The notes beneath the pieces are model-generated. The model was not told where the DNA came from. It was given only the letters and a program-made list of their open reading frames with translations, and did not search any database. Positions 18,078 through 28,498 of a DNA stretch of 64,000 nucleotides are shown in pieces; within the stretch, counting starts at the first letter, position 1; each line of letters begins with the position of its first letter. The DNA is from an uncultured Anaerolineales bacterium (GTDB taxonomy: Bacteria; Chloroflexota; Anaerolineae; Anaerolineales; UBA11858), in NCBI GenBank assembly GCA_964406305.1, contig CAYORF010000002.1:130-64129 (forward strand), read 5' to 3'. Made by a program: the position numbers and the translations under genes.

Positions 18078-19249
18078 AAAGTCCTGGCTCCCAGCGATTA
18101 GAAAATCTTTCATCCAATTATTTTTCCACTCTGAATGAGAAAATTTCTGATTTGATGTCAAAAGGAAAAAGTGTAATCCGGCTGGATATAGGATCACCTG
18201 ATCTCTCGCCTCCGACGAATGTCATTGAGCAATTATCAATCACTGCAGAGCTGCCATCCAGTCATGGGTATCAAGCTCACAGGGGATCCTCATCGCTCCG
18301 GCAGGCCTGGGCAGACCATTACAGGAAGAAGCACGGGGTTGATCTTGATCCGGACAGCCAGATCTTGCCCTTGATCGGTTCAAAAGAAGGGATCTTTCAT
18401 CTGTCTTTGGCCCTGATTGACCCTGGAGACCAGGTGCTCATCCCCGATCCGGGATATCAAACCTACACTGCAGGAACTCGATTTGCTGGTGGAATTCCAC
18501 GATTTGTATCCTGTCTTTCTGGGGATGATTTTATTAACAGTTTAAGAAAAATACCAACCCAGGATCTTAATCGTACCAAGCTCATGTGGGTGAATTTTCC
18601 CCACAATCCTACAGGATCGACCATAAGTTTAGATCAGGCCCGCCAGCTGGTCGATTTTGCCCGGGAGCATGATATTCTACTATGTCATGACGCTGCCTAT
18701 TCCCAGGTCGTTTATGGAGAATATAAAGCTCCCAGCTTTTTGGAAGGGAATGTTCCGGGGGATAATATCATTGAGTTCAATTCATTATCCAAATCTCACA
18801 ATATGGCAGGTTGGAGATTAGGCATGATTGCGGGGGGCCAGGACATTCTACAAAAGCTGTTATTAGTCAAAACCCATGCAGATAGTGGTCATTTCCTGCC
18901 AATGATGGAAGCTGGCATACAAGCATTAAAAACAAACCAATCCTGGCTGGATACCAGAAACCTCATTTACCAATCAAGAAGGGATCTGGTTGTGGATGCT
19001 CTCTCTTCCCTGGATATGGATATGGAAAAGCCATCTGGCGCTATATATATCTGGTTTCCTGTACCGGGAAAATTGTCATCAGAAGAATTTACTTCTCTTA
19101 TGCTGGAGCGATACATGGTAGCACTAACGCCGGGAAATCTCTTTGGCTCCAGGGGAGAAGGATTTATTCGATTATCAATTACTGCACCTAAGGATCAGCT
19201 CCAGGAAGGACTAAATCAACTATCTAAAGGGATCCAATCAATACGTTAG
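18074..19249 (+). CDS. Class I PLP aminotransferase; probable aromatic/prephenate aminotransferase from context
   Basis: 391 aa. Contains NFPHNPTG and the SLSKSHNMAGWRLG PLP-lysine motif. GTGA overlap with tyrA. Confidence 0.75.
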   Translation: MKSPGSQRLENLSSNYFSTLNEKISDLMSKGKSVIRLDIGSPDLSPPTNVIEQLSITAELPSSHGYQAHRGSSSLRQAWADHYRKKHGVDLDPDSQILPLIGSKEGIFHLSLALIDPGDQVLIPDPGYQTYTAGTRFAGGIPRFVSCLSGDDFINSLRKIPTQDLNRTKLMWVNFPHNPTGSTISLDQARQLVDFAREHDILLCHDAAYSQVVYGEYKAPSFLEGNVPGDNIIEFNSLSKSHNMAGWRLGMIAGGQDILQKLLLVKTHADSGHFLPMMEAGIQALKTNQSWLDTRNLIYQSRRDLVVDALSSLDMDMEKPSGAIYIWFPVPGKLSSEEFTSLMLERYMVALTPGNLFGSRGEGFIRLSITAPKDQLQEGLNQLSKGIQSIR

Positions 19250-19337
19250 GATTGATTTTGGCTGTCTTGATATAGACGATGATTTATTAAACTAAAAAAG
19301 TAACTGAAGATTATCCAACGAAAGGGAAATAAGTATT

Positions 19338-20657
19338 ATGAAAATAGTTCGCAGTGGTCCACTGAGAGGAAACATAAAATTATCAGGAGATAAATCAATC
19401 TCTCACAGGGCTATATTGTTGGCAGCTATTGCAGAAGGAGAGAGCAGAATTCAGAACCTGCTGGTTGCCGGGGTGACAAAAAAAATGCTGACTGCCTTGA
19501 GCGAGCTCGGTGTGGAGTGGCGGTTGGACGGCAGCAACCTGATTGTGACCGGCAGAGGATTAAAGGGATTACAATCACCAGGAAAGTCTCTCGACTGCGG
19601 TAACTCAGCGACCACGATGAGGATGCTGGCAGGTGTCTGTTCTGCATCCGGGATCAATGTAAACCTGGATGGCTCTCCTGGTTTAAAAACCAGGCCCATG
19701 TCCAGGATTGTTAATCCCCTTGGAGAAATGGGTGTAATCATCCAGGCTCAGGAGCCAGGGAAAACAGCACCACTGCAGATTCAGGGCAGAAGGTCCGATC
19801 AATCCTTAATAGCGATTGATTATTCATCCCCAATTTCCAGTGCCCAGGTCAAATCCTGTCTATTACTGGCGGGTCTGGCTACGAATGGAGTTATCCATTA
19901 TAAAGAACCCCGTGCATCCCGTGATCATACCGAGCGGTTATTATCCAGACTGGGAGTAAATATCGATCGATCGGAAGCAAAGGATGGATCAGTTCAGATC
20001 ACCATGGATCCCCGGGGTTGTCTTCCCCTCCCACCTTTAATTACTACGATCCCTGGAGATATCTCATCAGCAGCTTTTCTGATCGTTGCAGCATTAATTA
20101 CACCTAATTCTGAGATCACCATCCAGGAAGTTGGTCTTAATCCCACTAGAACAGGCTTGTTGGAAGCGTTATTAATGATGGGCGCAGATCTCGAAATTAA
20201 TAATACAGGTGAGCTAAATAATGAACCAAGAGGTGATATCACAGTCCGACACAGCCACCTGCGGGGAATCCATCTCCCGGAATCGTTAGTGGTTAAAATG
20301 ATCGATGAAATCCCGATATTTACTGCAGCTGCAGCCTATGCAAATGGCAAGACCCTTGTCTCAGGTGCAGGTGAGCTGCGGGTAAAAGAAACAGATCGGA
20401 TTGCAGCCATACAAATGGAATTCAACAAATTAGGGGTAAACCTGAAGGAGAATAAAGATGGATTCTCACTGCAAGGTCATCCAACGCTTCAGGGAGGAAA
20501 AGTCCAATCCCATGGAGACCACCGTATGGCAATGTCCCTGGCAGTGGCTGGTCTGGGAGCTGAAAAATCTGTTGAAATTCAGAATGCGGAGATAACTGCC
20601 GAATCCTATCCCAACTTTGCATCTGACCTGCGGGACCTGGGAGCCCAAGTGGAGTGA
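19338..20657 (+). CDS. aroA: EPSP synthase (3-phosphoshikimate 1-carboxyvinyltransferase)
   Basis: 439 aa. Contains LSGDKSISHRAILLAA and DHRMAMS motifs. Confidence 0.93.
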   Translation: MKIVRSGPLRGNIKLSGDKSISHRAILLAAIAEGESRIQNLLVAGVTKKMLTALSELGVEWRLDGSNLIVTGRGLKGLQSPGKSLDCGNSATTMRMLAGVCSASGINVNLDGSPGLKTRPMSRIVNPLGEMGVIIQAQEPGKTAPLQIQGRRSDQSLIAIDYSSPISSAQVKSCLLLAGLATNGVIHYKEPRASRDHTERLLSRLGVNIDRSEAKDGSVQITMDPRGCLPLPPLITTIPGDISSAAFLIVAALITPNSEITIQEVGLNPTRTGLLEALLMMGADLEINNTGELNNEPRGDITVRHSHLRGIHLPESLVVKMIDEIPIFTAAAAYANGKTLVSGAGELRVKETDRIAAIQMEFNKLGVNLKENKDGFSLQGHPTLQGGKVQSHGDHRMAMSLAVAGLGAEKSVEIQNAEITAESYPNFASDLRDLGAQVE

Positions 20658-21538
20658 TGACAGAGAGAATGATACACCTGGGTCTAATAGGTTACCCGCT
20701 GGGGCATAGCTTCTCAAAAATCCTCCAGGAAGAAGCGTTTCGGAGCACAGGTATAAAAGGGAACTATCATTTGTGGGAGGTCCCTGCCACGCCTGTGGGC
20801 GATCTGGCTCTACAATCCAGATTGGAAGATGTCAGAACAGGCCAGATTATGGGGATAAATGTGACAATACCTCACAAAGAGCGCATTATTCCATTTTTGG
20901 ATGCTCTTACTCCTATCGCATCCGCAATTGGCGCGGTGAATACAATTTTCTGGGATTCCAAAGAAAAAAAACTTTATGGCCACAATACAGATGCACCTGC
21001 TTTCTGGGAAGATTTAAAGAAGCTGATCAACTCTAACCAGGTCCGAAAACAGGCCCTGGTCCTTGGCGCCGGTGGGGCAGCCAGGGCGGTCACATATCAA
21101 TTGCTAGCTAAACACTGGACGGTGTCTATTGCTGCCAGAAAGATAACCAGGGCCAAAGAACTTGCTCACTATTTTTTGAGTCCTGATGCCAAACTGAATT
21201 ATTTTGAACTTGGAAATGGATCGCAGGTCGACCTTGAGCCTTTTGGATTAATTGTCAATACAACCTCAGCAGGCATGGCACCGATGGTTGAAACTTCTCC
21301 CTGGCCTGATAATTGGAGATTTCCATCTGACGCTGTGGTTTATGACCTGGTATACAATCCCGCGGTTCCACAATTTATCAAACAGGCAAAGAGGGCTGGG
21401 TTAAAGACCAGGAACGGATTGGGTATGCTGGTCGAGCAAGCCGCTCTGGCTTTTGAGTGCTGGACAGCAGTAGTTGCACCGCGAGAGGAGATGCTGAAGG
21501 CCGTAACTGGCATCTACCAAAATCTACTCAGTGAATAA
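20654..21538 (+). CDS. aroE: Shikimate dehydrogenase
   Basis: 294 aa. Contains LIGYPLGHSFS, NVTIPHK and GAGGAARA motifs. Overlaps the aroA stop. Confidence 0.9.
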   Translation: MMTERMIHLGLIGYPLGHSFSKILQEEAFRSTGIKGNYHLWEVPATPVGDLALQSRLEDVRTGQIMGINVTIPHKERIIPFLDALTPIASAIGAVNTIFWDSKEKKLYGHNTDAPAFWEDLKKLINSNQVRKQALVLGAGGAARAVTYQLLAKHWTVSIAARKITRAKELAHYFLSPDAKLNYFELGNGSQVDLEPFGLIVNTTSAGMAPMVETSPWPDNWRFPSDAVVYDLVYNPAVPQFIKQAKRAGLKTRNGLGMLVEQAALAFECWTAVVAPREEMLKAVTGIYQNLLSE

Positions 21539-21592
21539 TCTCACGGGGTTGGTATTTCATTATATAGAAATGATCAAAAGGAAATCAAATCA

Positions 21593-22777
21593 ATGTCTAG
21601 ATTAAGATTCTTAACAAGTGGCGAATCTCACGGACCGGAACTTCTGGCAATCTTGGAAGGAATACCCGCAGGTTTATCCATCTCCGAAGATATCATCAAT
21701 CACCAGTTGGGCCGCCGGCAGCGTGGATCTGGTGCGGGCAACCGGATGAAAATTGAAAAGGACCAGGCAACCCTGGTCAGTGGTCTCATGGACGGAAAGA
21801 CGATTGGTTCTCCAATCGGGATCAGGATTACCAATCTAAACCATGAGGAATGGCGAGGAAAAGAAATTAGCCCTTTCACTATCCCCCGACCCGGACATGT
21901 CGATCTAACAGGCGCGCTGAAATACGGGTATCAGGATTTGCGTCCGTCTCTGGAACGGGCCTCTGCCCGCGAAACAGCCGCCAGGACAGCCGTGGGCACG
22001 ATCTGCAGGCACTTTCTCGAACAATTCTCAATTCAAGTTGGAGGTTGGGTATCTTCAATTGGACCTGTTGTGATGGAAAGCGTCCAAATTACAGGTGAAA
22101 CATTCCCGGATTTGGTCGAACGGGCAGAGGCTACAGGGACCCGTTGTCCTGATCCAGCCACAGCAAAACTAATGGACGCTGCTATTCGCGAGGTAAAGAA
22201 AGCGGGTGATACTCTCGGGGGAGTGATCGAAATCGCAGTTATGGGACTGCCACCCGGTTTAGGGTCATTTATGCATTGGGACAGGAAGCTGGATGCTCGT
22301 TTGGGTGCTGCGGTCCTGGGAATCCCGGCTATCAAAGGAATTGAAATTGGTAGAGCTTTTGAAAATACGAAAAAAAGAGGAACAGAAATCCAGGATCCAA
22401 TCCGATCCAGTGAAGGCAATATATATCGCCCTACCAACCGGGCTGGCGGATTGGAAGGAGGAGTCACTAATGGAAACCCGCTGATCATCCGGGCTGCGAT
22501 GAAACCGATTGCCACAACCATCACTCCCCAGCAGACTGTGGATCTGATAAACCAACAAGAATCTACATCCAAATATGAGCGGTCGGATTTCTGTCCAGTT
22601 CCCCGCGCTGTACCCATCATTGAAGCAGTGGTATCTTTTATATTGGCAGATGCTCTTATTGAAAAACTGGGTGGGGATTCTTTAGCTGAAATGCTTCCGA
22701 GGTTTAATAACCTGCCCAAATCCCGGTTTTCTGATCTCAATCTTGATAACGAAAAACATATCTGGTGGCCTGTATGA
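21593..22777 (+). CDS. aroC: Chorismate synthase
   Basis: 394 aa. Contains LTSGESHGPEL and RSDFCPVPRA motifs. Confidence 0.93.
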   Translation: MSRLRFLTSGESHGPELLAILEGIPAGLSISEDIINHQLGRRQRGSGAGNRMKIEKDQATLVSGLMDGKTIGSPIGIRITNLNHEEWRGKEISPFTIPRPGHVDLTGALKYGYQDLRPSLERASARETAARTAVGTICRHFLEQFSIQVGGWVSSIGPVVMESVQITGETFPDLVERAEATGTRCPDPATAKLMDAAIREVKKAGDTLGGVIEIAVMGLPPGLGSFMHWDRKLDARLGAAVLGIPAIKGIEIGRAFENTKKRGTEIQDPIRSSEGNIYRPTNRAGGLEGGVTNGNPLIIRAAMKPIATTITPQQTVDLINQQESTSKYERSDFCPVPRAVPIIEAVVSFILADALIEKLGGDSLAEMLPRFNNLPKSRFSDLNLDNEKHIWWPV

Positions 22778-24345
22778 ACAATGGGAAAATGATTTTCCTT
22801 TACGGTCCTCCTTTGTCAGGTAAATCAACAATTGGAGAAATGTTCGCCCGTCGGGTGGATCTGCCTTTTTACGATCTCGACAAACTGATCGAGTCCAGGA
22901 CAGTCATGACCATTCCAGAGATATTTTCTACTAAAGGTGAAGATTATTTTCGGGATTTGGAATGCAGCGTTCTGGAAGAGATATGCAATGACGAAACAGG
23001 TATTGTGGCACTGGGTGGGGGAGCGCTGATCAGGAGCAAAGCTCGGAAGCTTGTTGAGGATCGGGGAGAGGTAATCCTTTTGCAGGCCTCCTCTCAAGTT
23101 CTGATCTCCCGGATGAAAGGGGATCAAAACAAACGGCCTTTGCTGGGCGCTTCAACGGAGAAAGAAATAATTGATCTGCTCAACAAACGGGAAGAGCACT
23201 ATAACTCGTTTCCTGCTCAAATCCAAACAGACCAAGATACAGTGGACGATATCCTCTTTGAGCTGGAGGCCCTGCTGGGAGTATTTCTTGTTTCTGGAAT
23301 GGGTACCAGTTATCAGGTACAATTTTCCTCCGGTATTGTGAATGATTTGGGAAAGAAACTTCGGCTGCTGAAACGAGGTGGTCCAATCACAGTTGTATCA
23401 GACCAAAATGTCGCAGATCTTTATGCAGGAAGTGTTCTCGCCTCTCTGGATGAAGCCGGATATCAATCATCCTTGATCGTCTTTCCTCCTGGTGAAAACT
23501 CGAAAACAATGGATACAGTGCAGAACATATGGGATGGTTTCCTGAAAGCAAACGTCGATCGGGGAAGCACGGTGATCGCGCTTGGCGGCGGCGTTGTGGG
23601 AGATTTAACCGGATTTGCAGCCGCTACTTTTCATCGTGGAGTAGATTGGGTTAACATACCCACTTCATTGCTGGCGATGGTCGACGCAGGAATCGGGGGG
23701 AAAACCGGTGTGGATCTTCCTCAGGGGAAAAACCTTGTCGGTGCTTTTCACCCGCCCCGCCAGGTCTGGATTGATCCAGGCTTCTTACAATCTTTGCCAG
23801 AAATAGAACTGCAGAATGGGATGGCGGAGGTCATTAAACATGGTGTGATCTCGGACCCGGATTTATTTGCCCTGGCGTTGGAAGGCCGGAGTCCTTTTGA
23901 TCTTAATCGATCAGAAATTTTGAGGCGGGCGGTGGCAGTTAAGGTAGCAATCATCCAGAAAGATCCTTATGATCAAAACCTGCGACAGGTATTGAATTTC
24001 GGCCACACATTAGGGCACGCAGTGGAACTCGCCTCAGATTTCAAACTCAGCCATGGAGAATCAATTGCAATTGGGATGGTGGCGGAAACCCGAACCGCTG
24101 AAATTATGGGATTGACTGCGCCTGGATTGTTAGAAAAAATAATTAGCATTCTCAATGAATGGGATCTGCCAGTTGATCTTCCTTCTTTTCTCTCCCTGGA
24201 AAGAATTTGGGAATCAGTGAGAAGGGATAAGAAAAAATCAGCCGGCAGACTGCAATTTGCCCTTCCATTGAATATTGGTCAGGTCAAAGCCAAAATAGAA
24301 GTAGACGAAAAAACCTGGAAATCCGTATTAAGAATTAGGAAGTGA
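22774..24345 (+). CDS. aroKB: Bifunctional shikimate kinase / 3-dehydroquinate synthase fusion
   Basis: The N-terminal P-loop is LYGPPLSGKSTIG. The C-terminal DHQS region contains GGGVVGDLTGFAAA and HGESIAIG. I chose the start at the ATGA overlap with aroC; the track offers a GTG at 22765. Confidence 0.88.
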   Translation: MNNGKMIFLYGPPLSGKSTIGEMFARRVDLPFYDLDKLIESRTVMTIPEIFSTKGEDYFRDLECSVLEEICNDETGIVALGGGALIRSKARKLVEDRGEVILLQASSQVLISRMKGDQNKRPLLGASTEKEIIDLLNKREEHYNSFPAQIQTDQDTVDDILFELEALLGVFLVSGMGTSYQVQFSSGIVNDLGKKLRLLKRGGPITVVSDQNVADLYAGSVLASLDEAGYQSSLIVFPPGENSKTMDTVQNIWDGFLKANVDRGSTVIALGGGVVGDLTGFAAATFHRGVDWVNIPTSLLAMVDAGIGGKTGVDLPQGKNLVGAFHPPRQVWIDPGFLQSLPEIELQNGMAEVIKHGVISDPDLFALALEGRSPFDLNRSEILRRAVAVKVAIIQKDPYDQNLRQVLNFGHTLGHAVELASDFKLSHGESIAIGMVAETRTAEIMGLTAPGLLEKIISILNEWDLPVDLPSFLSLERIWESVRRDKKKSAGRLQFALPLNIGQVKAKIEVDEKTWKSVLRIRK

Positions 24346-24352
24346 GAGATTT

Positions 24353-24787
24353 ATGATCCAGATATTGGTCTTACATGGTCCGAATCTAAATTTACTTGGA
24401 AAACGCGAAACAAACCTATATGGTGAGAATGGATTGGAAAAACTGAACCAGGATCTCATAAGATATGGACAGGAAAAAGGAGCTCAGATCTCCACCAACC
24501 AGTCCAACATTGAGGGAGAGTTAATTAACTACCTCCATGATGCTGATAAGAAGTATCAAGGGGTTGTTTTTAATCCTGGAGGTTACACCCATACTTCAGT
24601 CGCACTTCATGATGCTGTAAAAGCAATTTCAATCCCTGTTGTAGAAGTGCATATCACAAATATTTTGGGACGGGAAGAATTCCGGCACATATCATTAATC
24701 GCACCTGTCTGCAAAGGAAGCATTTCCGGCTTTGGCGTGAAATCATATCTACTGGGAATTGATGCCCTGCTGCACGATCTGGAATAA
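24353..24787 (+). CDS. aroQ: 3-dehydroquinate dehydratase, type II
   Basis: 144 aa. Contains ILVLHGPNLNLLGKRE and NPGGYTHTSVALHDA. Confidence 0.93.
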   Translation: MIQILVLHGPNLNLLGKRETNLYGENGLEKLNQDLIRYGQEKGAQISTNQSNIEGELINYLHDADKKYQGVVFNPGGYTHTSVALHDAVKAISIPVVEVHITNILGREEFRHISLIAPVCKGSISGFGVKSYLLGIDALLHDLE

Positions 24788-24882
24788 AATCGGTCCTGGA
24801 AAAAATAATCCGATCTGTCCCGGGATTCCTGCTTTATACCGGGAAGATTTCTCACTGTTATTGAAGTGATTATTACCTGATA

Positions 24883-26205
24883 TCACGTCGCCTTATTAAT
24901 AACCTTATTAATAAGGTCCAGATCAGGCGGAAGCTCAACTGGTGAATTCTTATACCGGGATGTGACCTCTTTCAAACTATCCTCATGATAACCAATTTTG
25001 AATTCGGTAAATTTCAAACCATGTGCTGTAGATATCACAACAACCTGCTCATTTTCCTGGATATCCCCCCTTTTGATCATCTTCAATAATACCCCTAGCG
25101 CGACACCTGTTTGTGGACAAGTATACAGCCCGGTCGTGTCAGCAAGCGCAGCTGCGTTAGCCAGCTCATCTTCTGTTGCCTGATCCACAATGCCATCAAA
25201 AGACTTTAACACTTTCACCGCCCGTTCATAACTCACTGGATCCCCAATTTGGATCGCGGAAGCGGATGTAGGTTTGGCCTCCACCGGATGATAGTCCTTA
25301 AATTCTGTCTGATAGCTTAAGTAAAGTGGGTTTGCATTGGCTGCTTGAGCACATGCAATCCGGGGCAATTGGTCTACTAAACCTAAATCTTTCATCATGA
25401 CCAATCCCCGACCGAGGGCGCTCACATTCCCGAGATTTCCCGCAGGGATTATTATCCAATCGGGTAATTTCCAGTTAAATTGCTGGGCGATCTCTATTGC
25501 AATCGTCTTTTGCCCCTCAATGCGCAGTGAATTCATCGAATTCGCCAGGTAAATTGTAGGATCCTGGGTTAACTTTTCCACAATAGCCATACAGCCATCA
25601 AAATCTGTATCCAACGCAAGCACTAGGGCACCATTAGCAATCGGCTGCACCAACTGGGCCATCGATACTTTCCCTTTTGGCAACAGGATTACTGCAGGAA
25701 TTCCCGCCGCAGCAGCATATGCAGACAGGGCAGCGGAAGTATCTCCAGTGGAGGCACAAGCTACAGCTCGAATAGGTTGACCGTCGTTAATCATTTGATT
25801 GACAACCGAAACGAGTACAGTCATACCCAGATCCTTAAAGGATCCTGTATGACTGATGCCACATTGTTTTACCCATAAATCAGGTAAGCCAATGTTTTGA
25901 CCAAGCTTCTGGGCCTGAAAACAATTCGTATGGCCCTCATACAGGGAAATAATATTATCACTGTCGATTTGGGGACACACCCATTCCTTTTTCCCCCAAA
26001 CACCGCTCCCATAGGGCCATTGATTGGTGCGGGTTCGCTGGTCAAATAATTCCTTCCACTCCAAACCACTGCGATTCCCGAGTGCATCCAGGTCATGTTC
26101 GATATCCAGCAATCCACCACATTCCGGACAATGGTACATTACATCGTAAATTGAATACCTCTCACCACAGCCCCGGACACAAGTAAGCCAACTATCATAC
26201 TTCAT
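24883..26205 (-). CDS. thrC: Threonine synthase (long form with an N-terminal zinc-ribbon-like CxxC pairs)
   Basis: 440 aa. Contains the [13 protein letters not shown]-lysine motif. It is the last gene of the hom-lysC-asd-X-thrC unit. Confidence 0.92.
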   Translation of the reverse strand: MKYDSWLTCVRGCGERYSIYDVMYHCPECGGLLDIEHDLDALGNRSGLEWKELFDQRTRTNQWPYGSGVWGKKEWVCPQIDSDNIISLYEGHTNCFQAQKLGQNIGLPDLWVKQCGISHTGSFKDLGMTVLVSVVNQMINDGQPIRAVACASTGDTSAALSAYAAAAGIPAVILLPKGKVSMAQLVQPIANGALVLALDTDFDGCMAIVEKLTQDPTIYLANSMNSLRIEGQKTIAIEIAQQFNWKLPDWIIIPAGNLGNVSALGRGLVMMKDLGLVDQLPRIACAQAANANPLYLSYQTEFKDYHPVEAKPTSASAIQIGDPVSYERAVKVLKSFDGIVDQATEDELANAAALADTTGLYTCPQTGVALGVLLKMIKRGDIQENEQVVVISTAHGLKFTEFKIGYHEDSLKEVTSRYKNSPVELPPDLDLINKVINKAT

Positions 26206-26220
26206 AACTCTCTCCTCATC

Positions 26221-27402
26221 TCACTCACCAACAACATAGGTAATTGTCTTATGAAGGGGAAGGTGGTCCTGATCAGCCAAATCCTTCCCAGGGAAACATG
26301 CTTCGTCTGGTTTATCAGAGAGGCCAAAAAGCAAAGCACCGTTATTCTTCCAGCGCAGTGCCATCTCACAAACCTCATGGGTAATAACCAATTCATTATC
26401 CAATAATTCTGTGACGTTCTCCTGGTTTGCGGTGGTTCCCATCCTAGCTGTAGTGGTTAAGTATTCCTGGTAGCGGAAGGTTTTAAATGGTGTGGGATCG
26501 CCAGATTGAACAAGTGCATTGAAACTATCATGGACTTCCCTTAATGGCTGGGAAAGCCCCTCCAACTGGTCGTTAACCCGAGCAAGAAACTGATTAAAAG
26601 TTATGATTTCTTTTCTAGCCAGTAGATCCAGCAGTGAATCAAGTGTAAACAAATCGCTACCCAGGATTAAGCATGTGTACGCCAGATAATCCTGATTATC
26701 GGTTGTAAACGGATGGTATGCTTCTTGATTAAGAAGCTCATACGCCCGCTGGAATCCTTCCAGGTCAAATGCCTGTCCCAATAAATTTCCTACCGTTTGT
26801 TTGACAGCATTTACTCGGGCCTGGTTGATCACCTGGTCATTACGTCCCCTGGCCCCAAGAGCCGTCTTGTCCAGATCTACAATGACGGCTGTACCTTCTC
26901 CCATCAGAAAACCTTGGTTACGGCAATATACCTCAAAATCTTTCAGAGCTGACCATCGATTTGCCAGATAAAGAGTCTTGTTTGAATGACCGATCAAATC
27001 CACAGACGGAGGAAGCTGATTTTCCGCAGCAATAAATGCTAATCCCGGCCAATTCCCTGCATCACATATAGTTAAAAATGCATTACCGTCATTCAGCTGA
27101 GTATCCCCAAGATAAACTAGCTGTTGAATTGAGAAGTTTGGATTAACCAGATTGGCCGCTGCCCGCAACAGCTGAACAACAACTTCCGCGTAGGCAGGTT
27201 TTCCTTTTCGCGGGAACTTCCCGGTCGGAATATTCACTGAATTCCTGATCTTTTCGAATCTGGGCAATCTAGCGTCAACAGGATCCAGATTCCGATAGAC
27301 GATCATGTCCCCTAAGATTTCATGAAGTGAGGTACTTCCATATATTTTCATAATCAATCCAGTCAATTTGGTATTTCTGTTGTTATTGGATTCAGTTTTC
27401 AA
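26221..27402 (-). CDS. Hypothetical protein with HAD-superfamily-like motifs in the order III-IV-I-II
   Basis: 393 aa from a TTG start that overlaps the asd stop; an alternative ATG lies at 27351. It contains RKGKPAYAEVVVQLL (motif III-like), LVYLGDTQLND (IV-like), VIVDLDKTAL (I) and LLFGLSDKPD (II-like). It is separated from the thrC start by 15 nt that include a GAGGAGAG SD. Confidence 0.6.
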   Translation of the reverse strand: MKTESNNNRNTKLTGLIMKIYGSTSLHEILGDMIVYRNLDPVDARLPRFEKIRNSVNIPTGKFPRKGKPAYAEVVVQLLRAAANLVNPNFSIQQLVYLGDTQLNDGNAFLTICDAGNWPGLAFIAAENQLPPSVDLIGHSNKTLYLANRWSALKDFEVYCRNQGFLMGEGTAVIVDLDKTALGARGRNDQVINQARVNAVKQTVGNLLGQAFDLEGFQRAYELLNQEAYHPFTTDNQDYLAYTCLILGSDLFTLDSLLDLLARKEIITFNQFLARVNDQLEGLSQPLREVHDSFNALVQSGDPTPFKTFRYQEYLTTTARMGTTANQENVTELLDNELVITHEVCEMALRWKNNGALLFGLSDKPDEACFPGKDLADQDHLPLHKTITYVVGE

Positions 27403-28498
27403 TAATCGGCTGAAGATAGCCTTTTGCTTTCAGCAGCTCGGCACTCAGAATCGCACCACCAGCTGCTCCGCGGACGGTATTATGCGAAAGAGCCGAAAAT
27501 CTGATATCCAATAAAGGGCAATCACGCAAACGGCCAACCGAGATTGCCATTCCATTTCCCGCTTCTCTATCTTTAGCAGGTTGAGGCCGATCAACTTCGT
27601 TCCGAACCAAAATGGGAGGGTGCGGGGCAGAAGGCAAGTTCAATACCTGCGGCTCACCTTCAAACGAGGACCAGATATTTAGTATTTCTTCTAAAGCAGG
27701 TTGATCATCTCTGAATTTTAAACTGACGCTGGCCAAGTGACCATGTCTGACCGGTACCCGGTTGCAGGAAACTGAGAGAACCAGAGAATCAAGATCGACA
27801 AATTTGTCATTCTGGATTGTTCCCAGGATTTTTAAGGGTTCCCGCTCACTTTTTTCCTCTTCACCATTTATATAGGGAATGACATTATCAATCATTCCTA
27901 TCGCAGCCATACCCGGGTATCCCGCTCCCGATACTGCCTGAAGAGTGGTGACCAGTAAACTTTCTACTGGAAACCCGGCTGAAATTAAGGCGTAGACGGG
28001 AGGAATAAAACTTTGGATGCTGCAGTTCGGTTTAACAACGATAAAACCCTTTTCCCAACCTCGGTTTTGTCGTTGAGCAGGAATAATATCGAGGTGTTGC
28101 GGGTTGACTTCCGGAATTATCATTGGAACATCCGCACTAAACCGATGAGCCGAATTATTGGAAACAACCGGCATTTTTTCTGCGTACAGCTCTTCAAGTT
28201 TCCGGATTTTCTCTTTCTCCATATTGAAAGCAGAGAACACAAAATCACAGGCGTTGGAGGCATTCTCAACTTCCAGTACAGAATTGACCGTTATATTCTT
28301 AACTTGCTCAGGGATCTCACCCTCAACCAACCAGCGGCCTGCCACAGCCTTTTCATATTCCTTTCCTGCGGAATGCTGGGAAGCTGCAAGATAACAAACC
28401 TCGAACCAGGGATGATCATTTAATAATCGAATGAAATTTTGACCTACCATCCCTGTTGCCCCCAGAATACCGACCCGGAGTTTCATTTTCTTGTTCAT
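27392..28498 (-). CDS. asd: Aspartate-semialdehyde dehydrogenase
   Basis: 368 aa. Contains GILGATGMVGQ and KPNCSIQ (active-site Cys). Confidence 0.92.
   Translation of the reverse strand: MNKKMKLRVGILGATGMVGQNFIRLLNDHPWFEVCYLAASQHSAGKEYEKAVAGRWLVEGEIPEQVKNITVNSVLEVENASNACDFVFSAFNMEKEKIRKLEELYAEKMPVVSNNSAHRFSADVPMIIPEVNPQHLDIIPAQRQNRGWEKGFIVVKPNCSIQSFIPPVYALISAGFPVESLLVTTLQAVSGAGYPGMAAIGMIDNVIPYINGEEEKSEREPLKILGTIQNDKFVDLDSLVLSVSCNRVPVRHGHLASVSLKFRDDQPALEEILNIWSSFEGEPQVLNLPSAPHPPILVRNEVDRPQPAKDREAGNGMAISVGRLRDCPLLDIRFSALSHNTVRGAAGGAILSAELLKAKGYLQPIIEN

Noticed and set aside
24788-24882. Terminator between the convergent aroQ and thrC
   Set aside because: Only 5-6 bp stems with long loops (CCCGG...CCGGG) and no U-tract. 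This is too weak to annotate.
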